DNA of 64,000 bases from assembly GCA_964433095.1 (NCBI GenBank), contig CAYSPW010000001.1:4296-68295 (forward strand). Direction: 5' to 3'. This DNA comes from an uncultured Gammaproteobacteria bacterium. Its GTDB lineage: Bacteria > Patescibacteriota > Patescibacteriia > Magasanikbacterales > UBA922. Made by a program: the position numbers and the translations under genes. Below, one piece after another: positions 1 to 8,995 of this stretch. The notes beneath the pieces were generated by a model. The model saw nothing but the letters and a program-made list of their open reading frames with translations. It was not told where the DNA came from and made no database searches. Positions within the stretch are counted from its first letter, which is position 1. Each line of letters starts with the position of its first letter.

Positions 1-186
1 CGAACCGATCCCGGATCAGAAGGGTTTGTCCAAACTTACAGCTATTTGTTACATATTCCAAAACAAAATTACACCTATCGTTTTTACACTTCGGCCGATG
101 ATACACGAGACTTGGAAAAAATCGAGTTTAAATTTGATGAAATAATGAAAACCATTGAATTGCATTAAATTAAAAAATAAATACGA

Positions 187-215
187 TTGACTAATTTTTT
201 AAATTCTGACATAAT
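187..215 (+). promoter_or_regulatory. sigma70-like promoter (TTGACT-N17-CATAAT) upstream of the structured leader
   Basis: TTGACT at 187-192, 17-nt spacer, CATAAT at 210-215. It lies upstream of the leader RNA and the DUF4430 gene. Confidence 0.35.
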
Positions 216-234
216 GCCAATATTATTAAAAAAT

Positions 235-360
235 ATACTAATGCCTGTGGAAGTGAGGTGGGATTCCTTCACTGTGCCGCAACGGTAATGCCATAATGGC
301 TAGTCCGGTCTTCAGGTAATTTACATTTCCCGAGCAGGAAGCCGAGTTAAAAAAAGAGTC
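235..360 (+). ncRNA. structured 5' leader, candidate cobalamin (B12) riboswitch aptamer
   Basis: GGAAGUGAGGUGGGAUUCC resembles the conserved GGAAnnnGGUGnGAAUCC core. CACUGUGCC resembles the GCCACUG-type element. CCCGAGCAGGAAGCC resembles the B12 box GAGCCAGGAGACCUGCC. It is followed by an intrinsic terminator and then a DUF4430 (cobalamin-binding-domain-like) gene. Confidence 0.4.
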
Positions 361-376
361 TTATTCGGTCGCGTGT

Positions 377-402
377 ATCCTGTTTCAGGATGCTTTTTTT
401 TT
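377..402 (+). terminator. intrinsic terminator, putative riboswitch expression platform (attenuator)
   Basis: Stem ATCCTG/CAGGAT with loop TTT, then GC and a 9-T run. It sits between the leader and the ATG at 418. Confidence 0.5.
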
Positions 403-417
403 AATCTTTTGAATTTC

Positions 418-1083
418 ATGTTCAAATTTATTGAGAAAAATATCACATTAGTTCTGATATGGACTTTCTTGTTGTTAATCACCGTTTTGAGCGGATATAC
501 TACCTATGTAAAGTCTGCCGATTTTTCCAAAACCATACATAGTGACTATAAAAGTATAGACTACTCTATACAAAAATATTATTCAAACCGGATTCAAGAG
601 CCAAATATTGATTTTAGTTTAGATGAAAATGAACAATATAAAGCGCGGGGTAATCAAAAAGTATACACTAGTATAGACAAACTGCAAATTATCAATGATG
701 GCACCGCTACCGCGTCCGAGTCATTGGCACCATCTTCCGCTTCAAACTTTGCTAACGCTAACGGTGACCGAACCATAATTTCCGCGACTTTAAAAGTCGC
801 GGATAAAGAATATACGGCTGAATTGACCGATCCGGTAACTGTTTATGAAATGATGGACAAAACGCGCCGGCAGACAGATTTTACTTTTGAGAGCCGAAAT
901 CATGATTATCTGGGTCATTTCATCACCGCCATAAACGGTACTTTGAATGATAAAAAAACGGGGCGCTTTTGGATTTATTATGTTAACGGTGAAAAAGCGC
1001 GTATCGGTATTTCAAATAGAATATTAAAAAATAATGATATAATAGAATGGAAATATGAAAAAGACACAAGCGTTCATTTTTAG
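418..1083 (+). CDS. DUF4430 domain protein (transcobalamin/intrinsic-factor beta-domain-like) with N-terminal TM anchor
   Basis: The C-terminal motif RFWIYYVNGEKARIGISNRILKNNDIIEWKY matches the DUF4430 W-x-Y-x-VNG...GD-x-I-x-W-x-Y signature. The N-terminal segment is hydrophobic. The track ORF starts at 373, but that codon lies inside the terminator hairpin, so the ATG at 418 is more likely. Confidence 0.6.
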   Translation: MFKFIEKNITLVLIWTFLLLITVLSGYTTYVKSADFSKTIHSDYKSIDYSIQKYYSNRIQEPNIDFSLDENEQYKARGNQKVYTSIDKLQIINDGTATASESLAPSSASNFANANGDRTIISATLKVADKEYTAELTDPVTVYEMMDKTRRQTDFTFESRNHDYLGHFITAINGTLNDKKTGRFWIYYVNGEKARIGISNRILKNNDIIEWKYEKDTSVHF

Positions 1084-3562
1084 TTGTTCTTTGGTGCCGA
1101 TCTTATTGGCTTTTTTTTTCACTAACGTGGGTCACGTTAGTGCGGCTGTCACAAGTTCAGCCGATACCGTGGCCACGTCCAGTACAACCGCTCAACCTTT
1201 TACCATCACTTCTACCACGCCTACCGGCATCAAAACTGTTACTGCCTCCACTTCCATTGGTAATTCTTTCTCCACTACTACGTCCGGCACGCTTAATTAT
1301 ACGTTAAACACCCCCCCTTCTTCCAAAGCTACGGTTAAAGCTGAAAAAGGACCGGTGAATTTTCATTTACGCCATCAAGATCGCATCATATATCAGGCCG
1401 ATATTGAAATGAGCAATGTCACCTATTTCGACTCATGTAATAATATTGATTATCACCTAAGCGGCACAAGCACGGTTTTTTCCACTTTGGTGAAAGCAGA
1501 CCAAAAAAGCAGCGCGTTTAAAATTACAAATGCTCAATACGACGCGTTGTTAAACGCTTTTCACGTATCTTGCGTTGATGTCGCCTCTTCATCGGGGGAG
1601 GGTGGACATGAGTCGGCTTGTAATAATTGGAATTATACTGTGGACGGTGAATACCCGAGTATATCCATGGATAAATATGAACTGAGCGGCGGTGAATCGG
1701 TTTACGTTTTTTTTTCCACACCATGGAAGGTAACGGCAAACACCTCTACGGCAGCGGTCGGAGAGCCTGTGCGGTTTACTACTTGGAGATACGACTACGC
1801 AAACACGCGGGATCCTTGGGCAACTGATGGAGGAAATTCAATAGAAATTTCAGTACCAAACCCTAATCCAAGTGGCTGGTGGGATGAAATTATCGCCACC
1901 AGCACTATAATTACTGACACCAATGGACAGGTTGAGTATGCTTTTTCAACGAGCGGTACATATTATGCCAAAATTACCGCCCCTGATTGGTCGAAGTGGA
2001 GTGAAACTATTGCTATTGACATTCTTGACAGGTTCCACGAACCCGCATCTCAATCAGCTTCATCAAGCCAAGACACTATTAATTCTGCCGTATCCGAACA
2101 AAAACAGACTGATTTGGTGCCTGAGGAAACAATCCAGCAGGCGGTGGATGGTATAATTGAATTTTTACGTTCCAAACAAAGCGAGGATGGTGGTATCATT
2201 GACGGCGGTATCAGTGATTGGGCGGCCATTTCTTTTGCCGCGACCGATATCGACCCCGCTGAGGTACGAGGCGATGGCGACAGCCTGGCCGAATACATTG
2301 ACAATTATGAATTTAACCACGATACTGAATTAAATTTATGTGCTAGCTATCCCAGGCACATATTGGCGCTCAGCGCCGCGGACAGGACCATACAAGATCA
2401 AAACATCCAATCTCTTTATGGTAGTATGATTAATCAATGTGTTAAGAGCGGTAAACAATATGGAGAACCGGGCATCGGAGATGATGTTTTTGCCCTCTTA
2501 GCCTTGTCCATGTCGCCGGATGGGTACGCTGATCTTATCAATAATTTGTTGGACAATATCGTACGCGATCAAAGCACTACCGGTGCCTTTACCTGGAACG
2601 GATATCCGGATGCCGATATTACCGGAGCCGCTATAAATGCCTTCGCGCGCTCCCGACAAGCCGGATTCACTTTTGACGAACGAATAATAGATAAAGCCAA
2701 AAACTATCTAAAAAGCACTCAGCTTCCCGACGGTGGATGGGGCTTCGGCCAAAGTTCGGCACTAACCACCTCTTGGGCCGTTATGGGCATAAATTCCATT
2801 AATGAAACACAATCTGAATGGATTCACAGTGAAGGAAAAAATCCTTGGCACGTGCTGGTTGAAAACATCAATGAGGACGGATATTACGAATCAAGCCGGT
2901 CTGAATCTGAAATTGACTGGTTTTCCACAAAGCACGCTATCCCTGCCATGCTTGGTCATGGCTGGCCGATTACTATCTCCAAATCGCGTAGCCATAACAG
3001 TGATGAAAGCGGCAATGATACGAGCAACCGGGAGAACGTGGAAAATAGTTATTTGGAGTCTAAGACTGACAATGAAACCGATCAACAAAATGAAACCGAT
3101 CTAGACCAAAAAAATAGTGAAGACACCGCTGAATCGCCGACTGAAAAACAGCAAAATCCGAAAGCTGGAAAAAAAGATGACAGCAGGCAAGATGATGAAA
3201 AACAGACGACGGACAAAGAAGAGAAGAAAGATAACGAGCAGGAAAATGTATTTAATTCTCCACCGGATAATAGTACGGTGGAAAAAGAATTTACCGGTTT
3301 GGAAAAATTCGGTATCAAAGGACAGGTTTTATCCGATCCGGTTCAGACCGGCGATGACAATCCGGAAATATTAAAACAACCCGAATCGGCCACGGGCGGC
3401 ACTCGGCTACTTGCTAATCAAATGAGTGCCAAATCGTCCGAGCATGCCGGATATTTCGGGAGGATGATAGATTTTTGGCTAAAAAACAGCGAAATAATCT
3501 TTATTACTGACGGAATTTTATTAATTCTATTATCAATTTATTTCTACTATAAAAAAACATAA
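1055..3562 (+). CDS. secreted multidomain surface protein: signal peptide, Thr-rich region, DUF4430-like segment, prenyltransferase/squalene-cyclase-like alpha/alpha-toroid repeats, acidic low-complexity linker, C-terminal TM anchor
   Basis: Signal peptide MKKTQAFIFSCSLVPILLAFFFTNVGHVSAA. NWNYTVDGEYPSISMDKYELSGGESVYVFF is DUF4430-like. Repeated DGG(I/W)...W motifs (DGGIIDGGISDWAAISFAATD, LPDGGWGFGQSSALTTSWAVMG) are typical of the terpene-cyclase/prenyltransferase alpha6/alpha6 toroid. About 230 aa are D/E/K/N/Q-rich. The C-terminal hydrophobic helix is followed by KKT. Confidence 0.55.
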   Translation: MKKTQAFIFSCSLVPILLAFFFTNVGHVSAAVTSSADTVATSSTTAQPFTITSTTPTGIKTVTASTSIGNSFSTTTSGTLNYTLNTPPSSKATVKAEKGPVNFHLRHQDRIIYQADIEMSNVTYFDSCNNIDYHLSGTSTVFSTLVKADQKSSAFKITNAQYDALLNAFHVSCVDVASSSGEGGHESACNNWNYTVDGEYPSISMDKYELSGGESVYVFFSTPWKVTANTSTAAVGEPVRFTTWRYDYANTRDPWATDGGNSIEISVPNPNPSGWWDEIIATSTIITDTNGQVEYAFSTSGTYYAKITAPDWSKWSETIAIDILDRFHEPASQSASSSQDTINSAVSEQKQTDLVPEETIQQAVDGIIEFLRSKQSEDGGIIDGGISDWAAISFAATDIDPAEVRGDGDSLAEYIDNYEFNHDTELNLCASYPRHILALSAADRTIQDQNIQSLYGSMINQCVKSGKQYGEPGIGDDVFALLALSMSPDGYADLINNLLDNIVRDQSTTGAFTWNGYPDADITGAAINAFARSRQAGFTFDERIIDKAKNYLKSTQLPDGGWGFGQSSALTTSWAVMGINSINETQSEWIHSEGKNPWHVLVENINEDGYYESSRSESEIDWFSTKHAIPAMLGHGWPITISKSRSHNSDESGNDTSNRENVENSYLESKTDNETDQQNETDLDQKNSEDTAESPTEKQQNPKAGKKDDSRQDDEKQTTDKEEKKDNEQENVFNSPPDNSTVEKEFTGLEKFGIKGQVLSDPVQTGDDNPEILKQPESATGGTRLLANQMSAKSSEHAGYFGRMIDFWLKNSEIIFITDGILLILLSIYFYYKKT

Positions 3563-3575
3563 ATATATAAATGAT

Positions 3576-4142
3576 ATGAAAAAAAATGCCTTCCAATGGA
3601 CGGTTGTATGCCTGTTGATAATTCTTGGCTTGGTAGCCAGGTTATTGCCGCACGCCCCCAACTTTACCCCGATTGCCGCGATAGCCATATTTAGTGCCAT
3701 TTATTTACCCAAAAAAATCTTTCTAATTGCCCCGATGCTTGTGATGATAATTAGTGACTATCTTATCGGATTTTACAGCTTACCAATTATGGCTTCCGTT
3801 TATTTATGTTTTATTTTAAGTGCTTTTATCGGACTCTTAATTAAAAGATACAAAAATGTTCAATCAATCATCGGCGGCGCTGTCGGTTCCGCGTTTGTAT
3901 TCTATCTGATCACCAACGCGGCTGTTTGGTTTTTTTCAGGACTTTACCCCAATAATTTCTATGGATTAGTTAACAGTTATGTAATGGCTCTTCCTTTCTT
4001 CAAAAATACGCTGGCCGGGGATATATTTTACGTTGTAGTGATGGTTGGAATCATGGAATCGGCTCTGTTTTTGCAACAAAAAAAACCGCACGCGCAGCCA
4101 CGGTTGAAATTACTAACTAATCATCTTACTTCAAGGCTTTAA
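3576..4142 (+). CDS. small polytopic membrane protein (5-6 TM), possible ECF S-component/BtuM-like substrate-capture protein
   Basis: 188 aa and almost entirely hydrophobic helices. It is co-directional with and immediately downstream of the DUF4430/alpha-toroid genes. I recognised no specific family motif; the functional call rests on gene context. Confidence 0.35.
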   Translation: MKKNAFQWTVVCLLIILGLVARLLPHAPNFTPIAAIAIFSAIYLPKKIFLIAPMLVMIISDYLIGFYSLPIMASVYLCFILSAFIGLLIKRYKNVQSIIGGAVGSAFVFYLITNAAVWFFSGLYPNNFYGLVNSYVMALPFFKNTLAGDIFYVVVMVGIMESALFLQQKKPHAQPRLKLLTNHLTSRL

Positions 4143-5748
4143 AAAAAGCCTTGAATAACGGATGTGGCTGTAAGGGTTGGGATTTAAATTCAGGATGGAA
4201 TTGCACGCCGATCATAAAGGGGTGGGTTTTATCTTCCACAATCTCAACCAATTCATTGTCCGGCGAAACACCGGCCAGCAGCAGCCCTTTTTCAGTCATG
4301 ATTTGTCTGTACTCATTGTTAAATTCGTATCGGTGTCTGTGTCTCTCGGATATTTTTTCAGTTTTGTAAGCTCGGAAACTTTTGCTTTTTTTATCCAGCA
4401 GGCATGGATAAGCACCCAAGCGCATGGTTGCTCCATAATTGCCGCTTGCCATGTATTTTTTTTGTTCCTCAATGACATGAATTACCGGATGCATCGTGTC
4501 CGGATTTAATTCTTCGGAATTAGCTCCCTTTAATCCACACGCGTTGCGGGCGAATTCAATTGTTTGAATCTGCATTCCCAGGCAAAGACCTAGATAGGGA
4601 ATTTTATTCAAACGAGCGTATTGCGCCGCCAATATCATGCCTTCGGTGCCGCGCGTGCCAAAACCTCCTGGAATAACCATACCGTCAAGCTGACTCAGCT
4701 CTTTCAGCTTTGTTTTATCTTTTTCATATACTTCCGAATCCAGCCATAAAATCCTCGGCTTTACATTATTGGCCCAGGCCGCATGTTGCAGTGATTCTAT
4801 CACTGATATGTACGTATCGCGGCAAGATTTAAAATTAAAATACTTGCCCACTATCCCGATTACACTCTCTTTTTTTATTTTTTTTATTTTTCGCGATAAA
4901 TCTATCCAATCACTCATGCCGCTTTGCTTACCACGATAACCCAGCGTCTTTAATATCTCGTCGCCTATTTTTTGCCGATGAAAAATTATCGGCACATCAT
5001 AAATTGATTCTACGTTTGGACCTGAAATAATTCTTTTTGCCGGTAAACTGCATACATTGCTGATTGTATTTTTAATATCCTCGCTAACCGGATCTTTAGC
5101 ACGACAAATGATAAAATCAGGTGATATGCCGGCAGAATTTAAAGTTCTGATCGCATATTGAGTGGGCTTGGATTTCTGTTCTCCTAAAAGCGTGGGAGTG
5201 GGCAGATAACTAACCATCACAAAACTGACATCTTTGGGATTTTTCACTTTCATCATCCTGGCCGCTTCCAAAAAAAGCAACAGCTGGTATTCTCCCACCG
5301 TACCGCCATATTCCACTATTACTATTTCCGCTTGGGTTTTTTTTTGGCAAAGTTTAATCCTTCTGATTATTTCTTTGGGAACATCCGGGACCACCTCTAC
5401 ATCCTCGCCGCCGTATTCCAGGTTTCTTTCACGGCGGATCACTTCCTTATAAACTTGTCCGGTGGTGATATAGTTATCGGCCGTGCATGTTTGACCGGTA
5501 AAACGCTCGTAATTACCCAAATCCTGATCCGCCTCTATTCCGTCTTCACCTACAAAAACCTCGCCATGCTCAGCCGGACGAATGGTGCCGGCATCAATAT
5601 TGACATACATGTCACATTTGATATTAGCCACTTTGTGGCCTTTGGCCTGGATTATCTTGCCAATGGACGCTGATGCCACCCCCTTTCCCACAGAAGACAT
5701 TACTCCTCCGATTACGAATATATATTTAGCTTTTTTGCTCATAATCAC
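4126..5748 (-). CDS. pyrG: CTP synthase
   Basis: N-terminal KYIFVIGGVMSSVGKGVASASIG and a C-terminal glutamine amidotransferase domain (GLCLGMQ). Confidence 0.95.
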   Translation of the reverse strand: MIMSKKAKYIFVIGGVMSSVGKGVASASIGKIIQAKGHKVANIKCDMYVNIDAGTIRPAEHGEVFVGEDGIEADQDLGNYERFTGQTCTADNYITTGQVYKEVIRRERNLEYGGEDVEVVPDVPKEIIRRIKLCQKKTQAEIVIVEYGGTVGEYQLLLFLEAARMMKVKNPKDVSFVMVSYLPTPTLLGEQKSKPTQYAIRTLNSAGISPDFIICRAKDPVSEDIKNTISNVCSLPAKRIISGPNVESIYDVPIIFHRQKIGDEILKTLGYRGKQSGMSDWIDLSRKIKKIKKESVIGIVGKYFNFKSCRDTYISVIESLQHAAWANNVKPRILWLDSEVYEKDKTKLKELSQLDGMVIPGGFGTRGTEGMILAAQYARLNKIPYLGLCLGMQIQTIEFARNACGLKGANSEELNPDTMHPVIHVIEEQKKYMASGNYGATMRLGAYPCLLDKKSKSFRAYKTEKISERHRHRYEFNNEYRQIMTEKGLLLAGVSPDNELVEIVEDKTHPFMIGVQFHPEFKSQPLQPHPLFKAFFKALK

Positions 5749-5830
5749 TAATTAAAAAAAACATTTTGTTTGTGTCAAACGCTTGATTTAAAAAATCTAA
5801 AAAAATCTTCCGACAAACGAAAAAAAAATA

Positions 5831-6277
5831 TTATGATTGCTTTACTATAACTTTAACAGCAGCTTCCAAACCATGGCCCAAGGAAACATTGATGGTATAT
5901 TCTCCGCTTTCCTTAATCGGCTTGTCAAGTCTGATCCGTGATGACTTAATATTTAAGCCGTATTCTTTATTTAGCGCTTTGGCTATTTTACCCGCGCTGA
6001 CCGAACCGTAAAGCTTGCCGGCCGGACTTGACTTAGCGTACAAATTTAGCTCGGCGCCATCAATCTTGCCGGCAATTTTTTGTTCTTGCTTGAGCTCCAC
6101 TTCCATTTGTTCCACTTTTTTCTTTTTTTGATTTTTGAACTGTTCCACAATGTTATCAGTCGCCAATTTTGCCAAACCATTGGGTATTAAAAAATTTCTG
6201 GCGTAACCGTCCGCCACCTGCTTGATTTCTCCTTTACTCCCCGTTCCGGGCACGTCTTTGTTTAAAATTACCTTCAT
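5831..6277 (-). CDS. rplI: 50S ribosomal protein L9
   Basis: [36 protein letters not shown] is the L9 signature. Confidence 0.9.
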   Translation of the reverse strand: MKVILNKDVPGTGSKGEIKQVADGYARNFLIPNGLAKLATDNIVEQFKNQKKKKVEQMEVELKQEQKIAGKIDGAELNLYAKSSPAGKLYGSVSAGKIAKALNKEYGLNIKSSRIRLDKPIKESGEYTINVSLGHGLEAAVKVIVKQS

Positions 6278-6369
6278 ATGTTTACTATATTAGCATAAAG
6301 CTTGAAAATCATGCAAGATATTGTTAAGATTCATTTAATTTAGACTATATTATTCTTATCTCTATTTCT

Positions 6370-7218
6370 ATGAAATCCGGTATTGTCGTTTTGGTAGGCA
6401 GGTCAAATGTTGGTAAATCCACATTGCTTAATACTTTGGTAGGCACCAAAATAGCGGCCACAAGCGTCAAGCCGCAGATGACTCGCCATACCATCCATGG
6501 TGTAATGAACACGGACAAAGGCCAGGCGGTTTTCGTGGATACGCCGGGAATTTTCAAAGATAAAAAAAATCTTTTAAATGCCAAGTTAACACAAAAAGCG
6601 TTTCAGGCTATTGAAGATATCGACCTGATCGTATATGTTGTTGATCCCACTCGCGATATCGGACCGGAAGAAAGGTCCGCATACGGTATGATACGACATC
6701 TTAAGCTGCCAAAAATACTGGTAATCAACAAAAGCGATCTGCCGGTCGCGCAGAGAAAATATGAAAAAAGCTATTTAGACTGGAGCGATGATTTTGACGC
6801 GGTTTTTAGACTTTCCGCCTTGCGCGCCAGACATATCAAGCCTTTGCAAGATAAAGTAATAGAATTATTGCCGCGTGGCGAGCCGATGTACAGTGAAAAT
6901 CAGTTGACGAATATTGACAATTATTTCTGGGTGTCGGAAATCATTCGTGAAAAAGCCTTTTCCGTGTTTGAAAAAGAAATACCCTATTCCTTATCGGTGG
7001 AGGTTGATAATATTGAAGAAAAAGAAGATATTATGGTTATATCGGCGCGTATTTTAACAGGAGCGGAAAAATACAAAAAAATTGTAATTGGTAGAAAGGG
7101 AAATAAAATTAAAGAAATCGGGAAAATGGCCAGAAAAGAACTTGAACAGGCCTTAAATAAAAAGATATACTTGGAATTGGAAGTGGAAGTGGACAAGCAT
7201 TGGATGGAAAGAATCTAA
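6370..7218 (+). CDS. era: GTPase Era
   Basis: G1 motif GRSNVGKST, DTPG, NKSD, and a C-terminal KH domain. Confidence 0.9.
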   Translation: MKSGIVVLVGRSNVGKSTLLNTLVGTKIAATSVKPQMTRHTIHGVMNTDKGQAVFVDTPGIFKDKKNLLNAKLTQKAFQAIEDIDLIVYVVDPTRDIGPEERSAYGMIRHLKLPKILVINKSDLPVAQRKYEKSYLDWSDDFDAVFRLSALRARHIKPLQDKVIELLPRGEPMYSENQLTNIDNYFWVSEIIREKAFSVFEKEIPYSLSVEVDNIEEKEDIMVISARILTGAEKYKKIVIGRKGNKIKEIGKMARKELEQALNKKIYLELEVEVDKHWMERI

Positions 7219-7221
7219 ATA

Positions 7222-7250
7222 CCCTTTTTTCAATGCAAACAAAAAAAGGG
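7222..7250 (+). terminator. hairpin terminator after era (CCCTTTTTTT...AAAAAAAGGG, then T-rich tail)
   Basis: A perfect 10-bp inverted repeat with a 10-nt loop, followed by TTGTTTGTTTT. It lies between the convergent era and riboflavin kinase genes. Confidence 0.4.
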
Positions 7251-7376
7251 TTGTTTGTTTTAATACCGTCTCAAAAGTAATTATTTAAGCCGAGAACAAT
7301 CATCACTCATAACCGTATTTTTTCGATTCCGCTGATAAAGACTCGCCTCCCAACAGCTTAAATCACATCTCCATAT

Positions 7377-7733
7377 TCAAATAGTAGGATATTTAAGCAC
7401 ATCCCGTACCATCTTTATATCTTGCAGGATTTTTTCCCGCAATTCGTATTTGGAATTAAAACCGCACATTTCACTTACCTTTTGTATCGGTTCAATCTCA
7501 ATATATACACCATAAAAATCCTCATCTAGATAATCAAGCAGGTGTACTTCCACTTTCCACGGTTTATTCCGTATAGCCAACGCGCCTTTGTATTTTTTCT
7601 TGCGCACATCAACCCAAACCGCGTAGACACCGCTGTCCAGATCAACTTTTCTTTTTGGAGTATCCAGATTGGCAGTCAGATATCCTGTTTTAGCGCCGAT
7701 GCCGTCGCCGCGTACTACTATTCCGCTGAACAT
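7377..7733 (-). CDS. riboflavin kinase (stand-alone flavokinase domain)
   Basis: GIVVRGDGIGAKTGYLTANL ... GVYAVWV ... EVHLLDYLDEDFYG resembles the RibF C-terminal kinase domain. There is no FAD synthetase domain. Confidence 0.6.
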   Translation of the reverse strand: MFSGIVVRGDGIGAKTGYLTANLDTPKRKVDLDSGVYAVWVDVRKKKYKGALAIRNKPWKVEVHLLDYLDEDFYGVYIEIEPIQKVSEMCGFNSKYELREKILQDIKMVRDVLKYPTI

Positions 7734-7746
7734 ATTTTTTTTGCAT

Positions 7747-8994
7747 TTATTGTTCTAGTAATTGCGTTGCTTTTTCCAAACCGAAATCACGCACATCAAT
7801 CAACTCTTCGCCCTCGCGCTGTTCAACAAACATTTCTTCCACGATAACGTCCGGAACAATCCCCTCTTCGTCAATTTGCCGATTAAGCGGCGTATACCAC
7901 CTGGCCACGGTTAATTTGATAGCTGATCCGTCAGGCAACTGCTCATAGTCCTGAACCGACCCTTTGCCGTAAGTCTGAACGCCGACAATGGTGGCCAGAC
8001 CATAATCCTGCAAGGCTCCGGCCACAATTTCCGAACCCGAAGCCGTACCTCCATCTACCAATACCACGGTAGGCATATCCGTAAAACGATGATTGCCGGT
8101 GGCAATATATTCGTTGATTGTGCCGTTACTATATATCTCTCTTACGATAGTGCCTGAGTCCACCCATTCGCCAGCCACATCCACGGAAGTTTGCAAAAAG
8201 CCGCCCGGATTGCTTCTCAAATCCAGTATTACACCACGTGGTGCCTGAATAATTATTTCCCGAACCGCGTGATCAAATTCAGTCCAGGTTTCCTCGTTAA
8301 AATGAGTAATGCGCAAGTAAACCAAGTCGGATTCCATTTGATCCCATATTACGGTCGGAATATTGATTGTATCGCGCACTATGGTTATTTGTTCAATTTT
8401 TTCAAAACCGTCGTGAGAAACCGTTAATTGCACCTCGGTACCTTTTTGTCCCCTGATTTTATTCACCGCCTCATCCAAAGTGAGTCCGAAACTATCTTCT
8501 CCATCAATCGCGTAAATCTTATCGCCCGCCTTCAGTCCGGCTTTTTGCGCCGGTGAATCGCGCAACGGCGCGATTACGATTAATTGTTCTTCTTTGATGC
8601 CGATTTCCGCGCCAATGCCTTCAAATTCGCCGGCTAGATCTTTGGCGAATTCTTCCGCTTTGGCCGGAGGCAGATATATCGAATAAGGATCATCCAGTCC
8701 GGCAACCAGGCCTTCAAGCGCGCCATAGTACAAATCCACTTCATTTACCGGTTGGTCAATATATTTTTTATTTATTTGATCCCACACCTGCCAAAACATA
8801 GCAAAATCAAGCTGCTCGCCTGCTCTTTTTTGCGAATAGAAATTAAGTACTTTGGAAATTTTAGATTCGCTTTGCCCGGTCAAAATATTCTGCTCGCTTT
8901 GCCAAGCCAGACCGATAAAAAGACCGAAAGCAAAAGTCAGTACGGCTAAGCTGCCCGGAACTACCACTTTGGTAATTTTTTCCCTAAAACTCAT
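7747..8994 (-). CDS. ctpA: C-terminal processing peptidase (S41, PDZ-containing)
   Basis: N-terminal TM segment, a PDZ segment (GLKAGDKIYAIDGE) and an S41 catalytic domain (TVVLVDGGTASGSEI, YGKGSVQ). Confidence 0.85.
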   Translation of the reverse strand: MSFREKITKVVVPGSLAVLTFAFGLFIGLAWQSEQNILTGQSESKISKVLNFYSQKRAGEQLDFAMFWQVWDQINKKYIDQPVNEVDLYYGALEGLVAGLDDPYSIYLPPAKAEEFAKDLAGEFEGIGAEIGIKEEQLIVIAPLRDSPAQKAGLKAGDKIYAIDGEDSFGLTLDEAVNKIRGQKGTEVQLTVSHDGFEKIEQITIVRDTINIPTVIWDQMESDLVYLRITHFNEETWTEFDHAVREIIIQAPRGVILDLRSNPGGFLQTSVDVAGEWVDSGTIVREIYSNGTINEYIATGNHRFTDMPTVVLVDGGTASGSEIVAGALQDYGLATIVGVQTYGKGSVQDYEQLPDGSAIKLTVARWYTPLNRQIDEEGIVPDVIVEEMFVEQREGEELIDVRDFGLEKATQLLEQ

Positions 8995-8995
8995 A

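Noticed and set aside
373-417. Track start of the DUF4430 ORF at 373 (GTG)
   Set aside because: These codons coincide with the attenuator hairpin and T-run. The ATG at 418, followed by a TM helix, is the more plausible start.
1055-1083. 29-nt overlap between the DUF4430 gene and the next ORF in a different frame, which could be a frameshifted single gene
   Set aside because: The downstream ORF begins with a complete signal peptide (MKKTQAFIFSCSLVPILLAFFFTNVGHVSAA), so it is an independent gene. The overlap is an ordinary operonic overlap.
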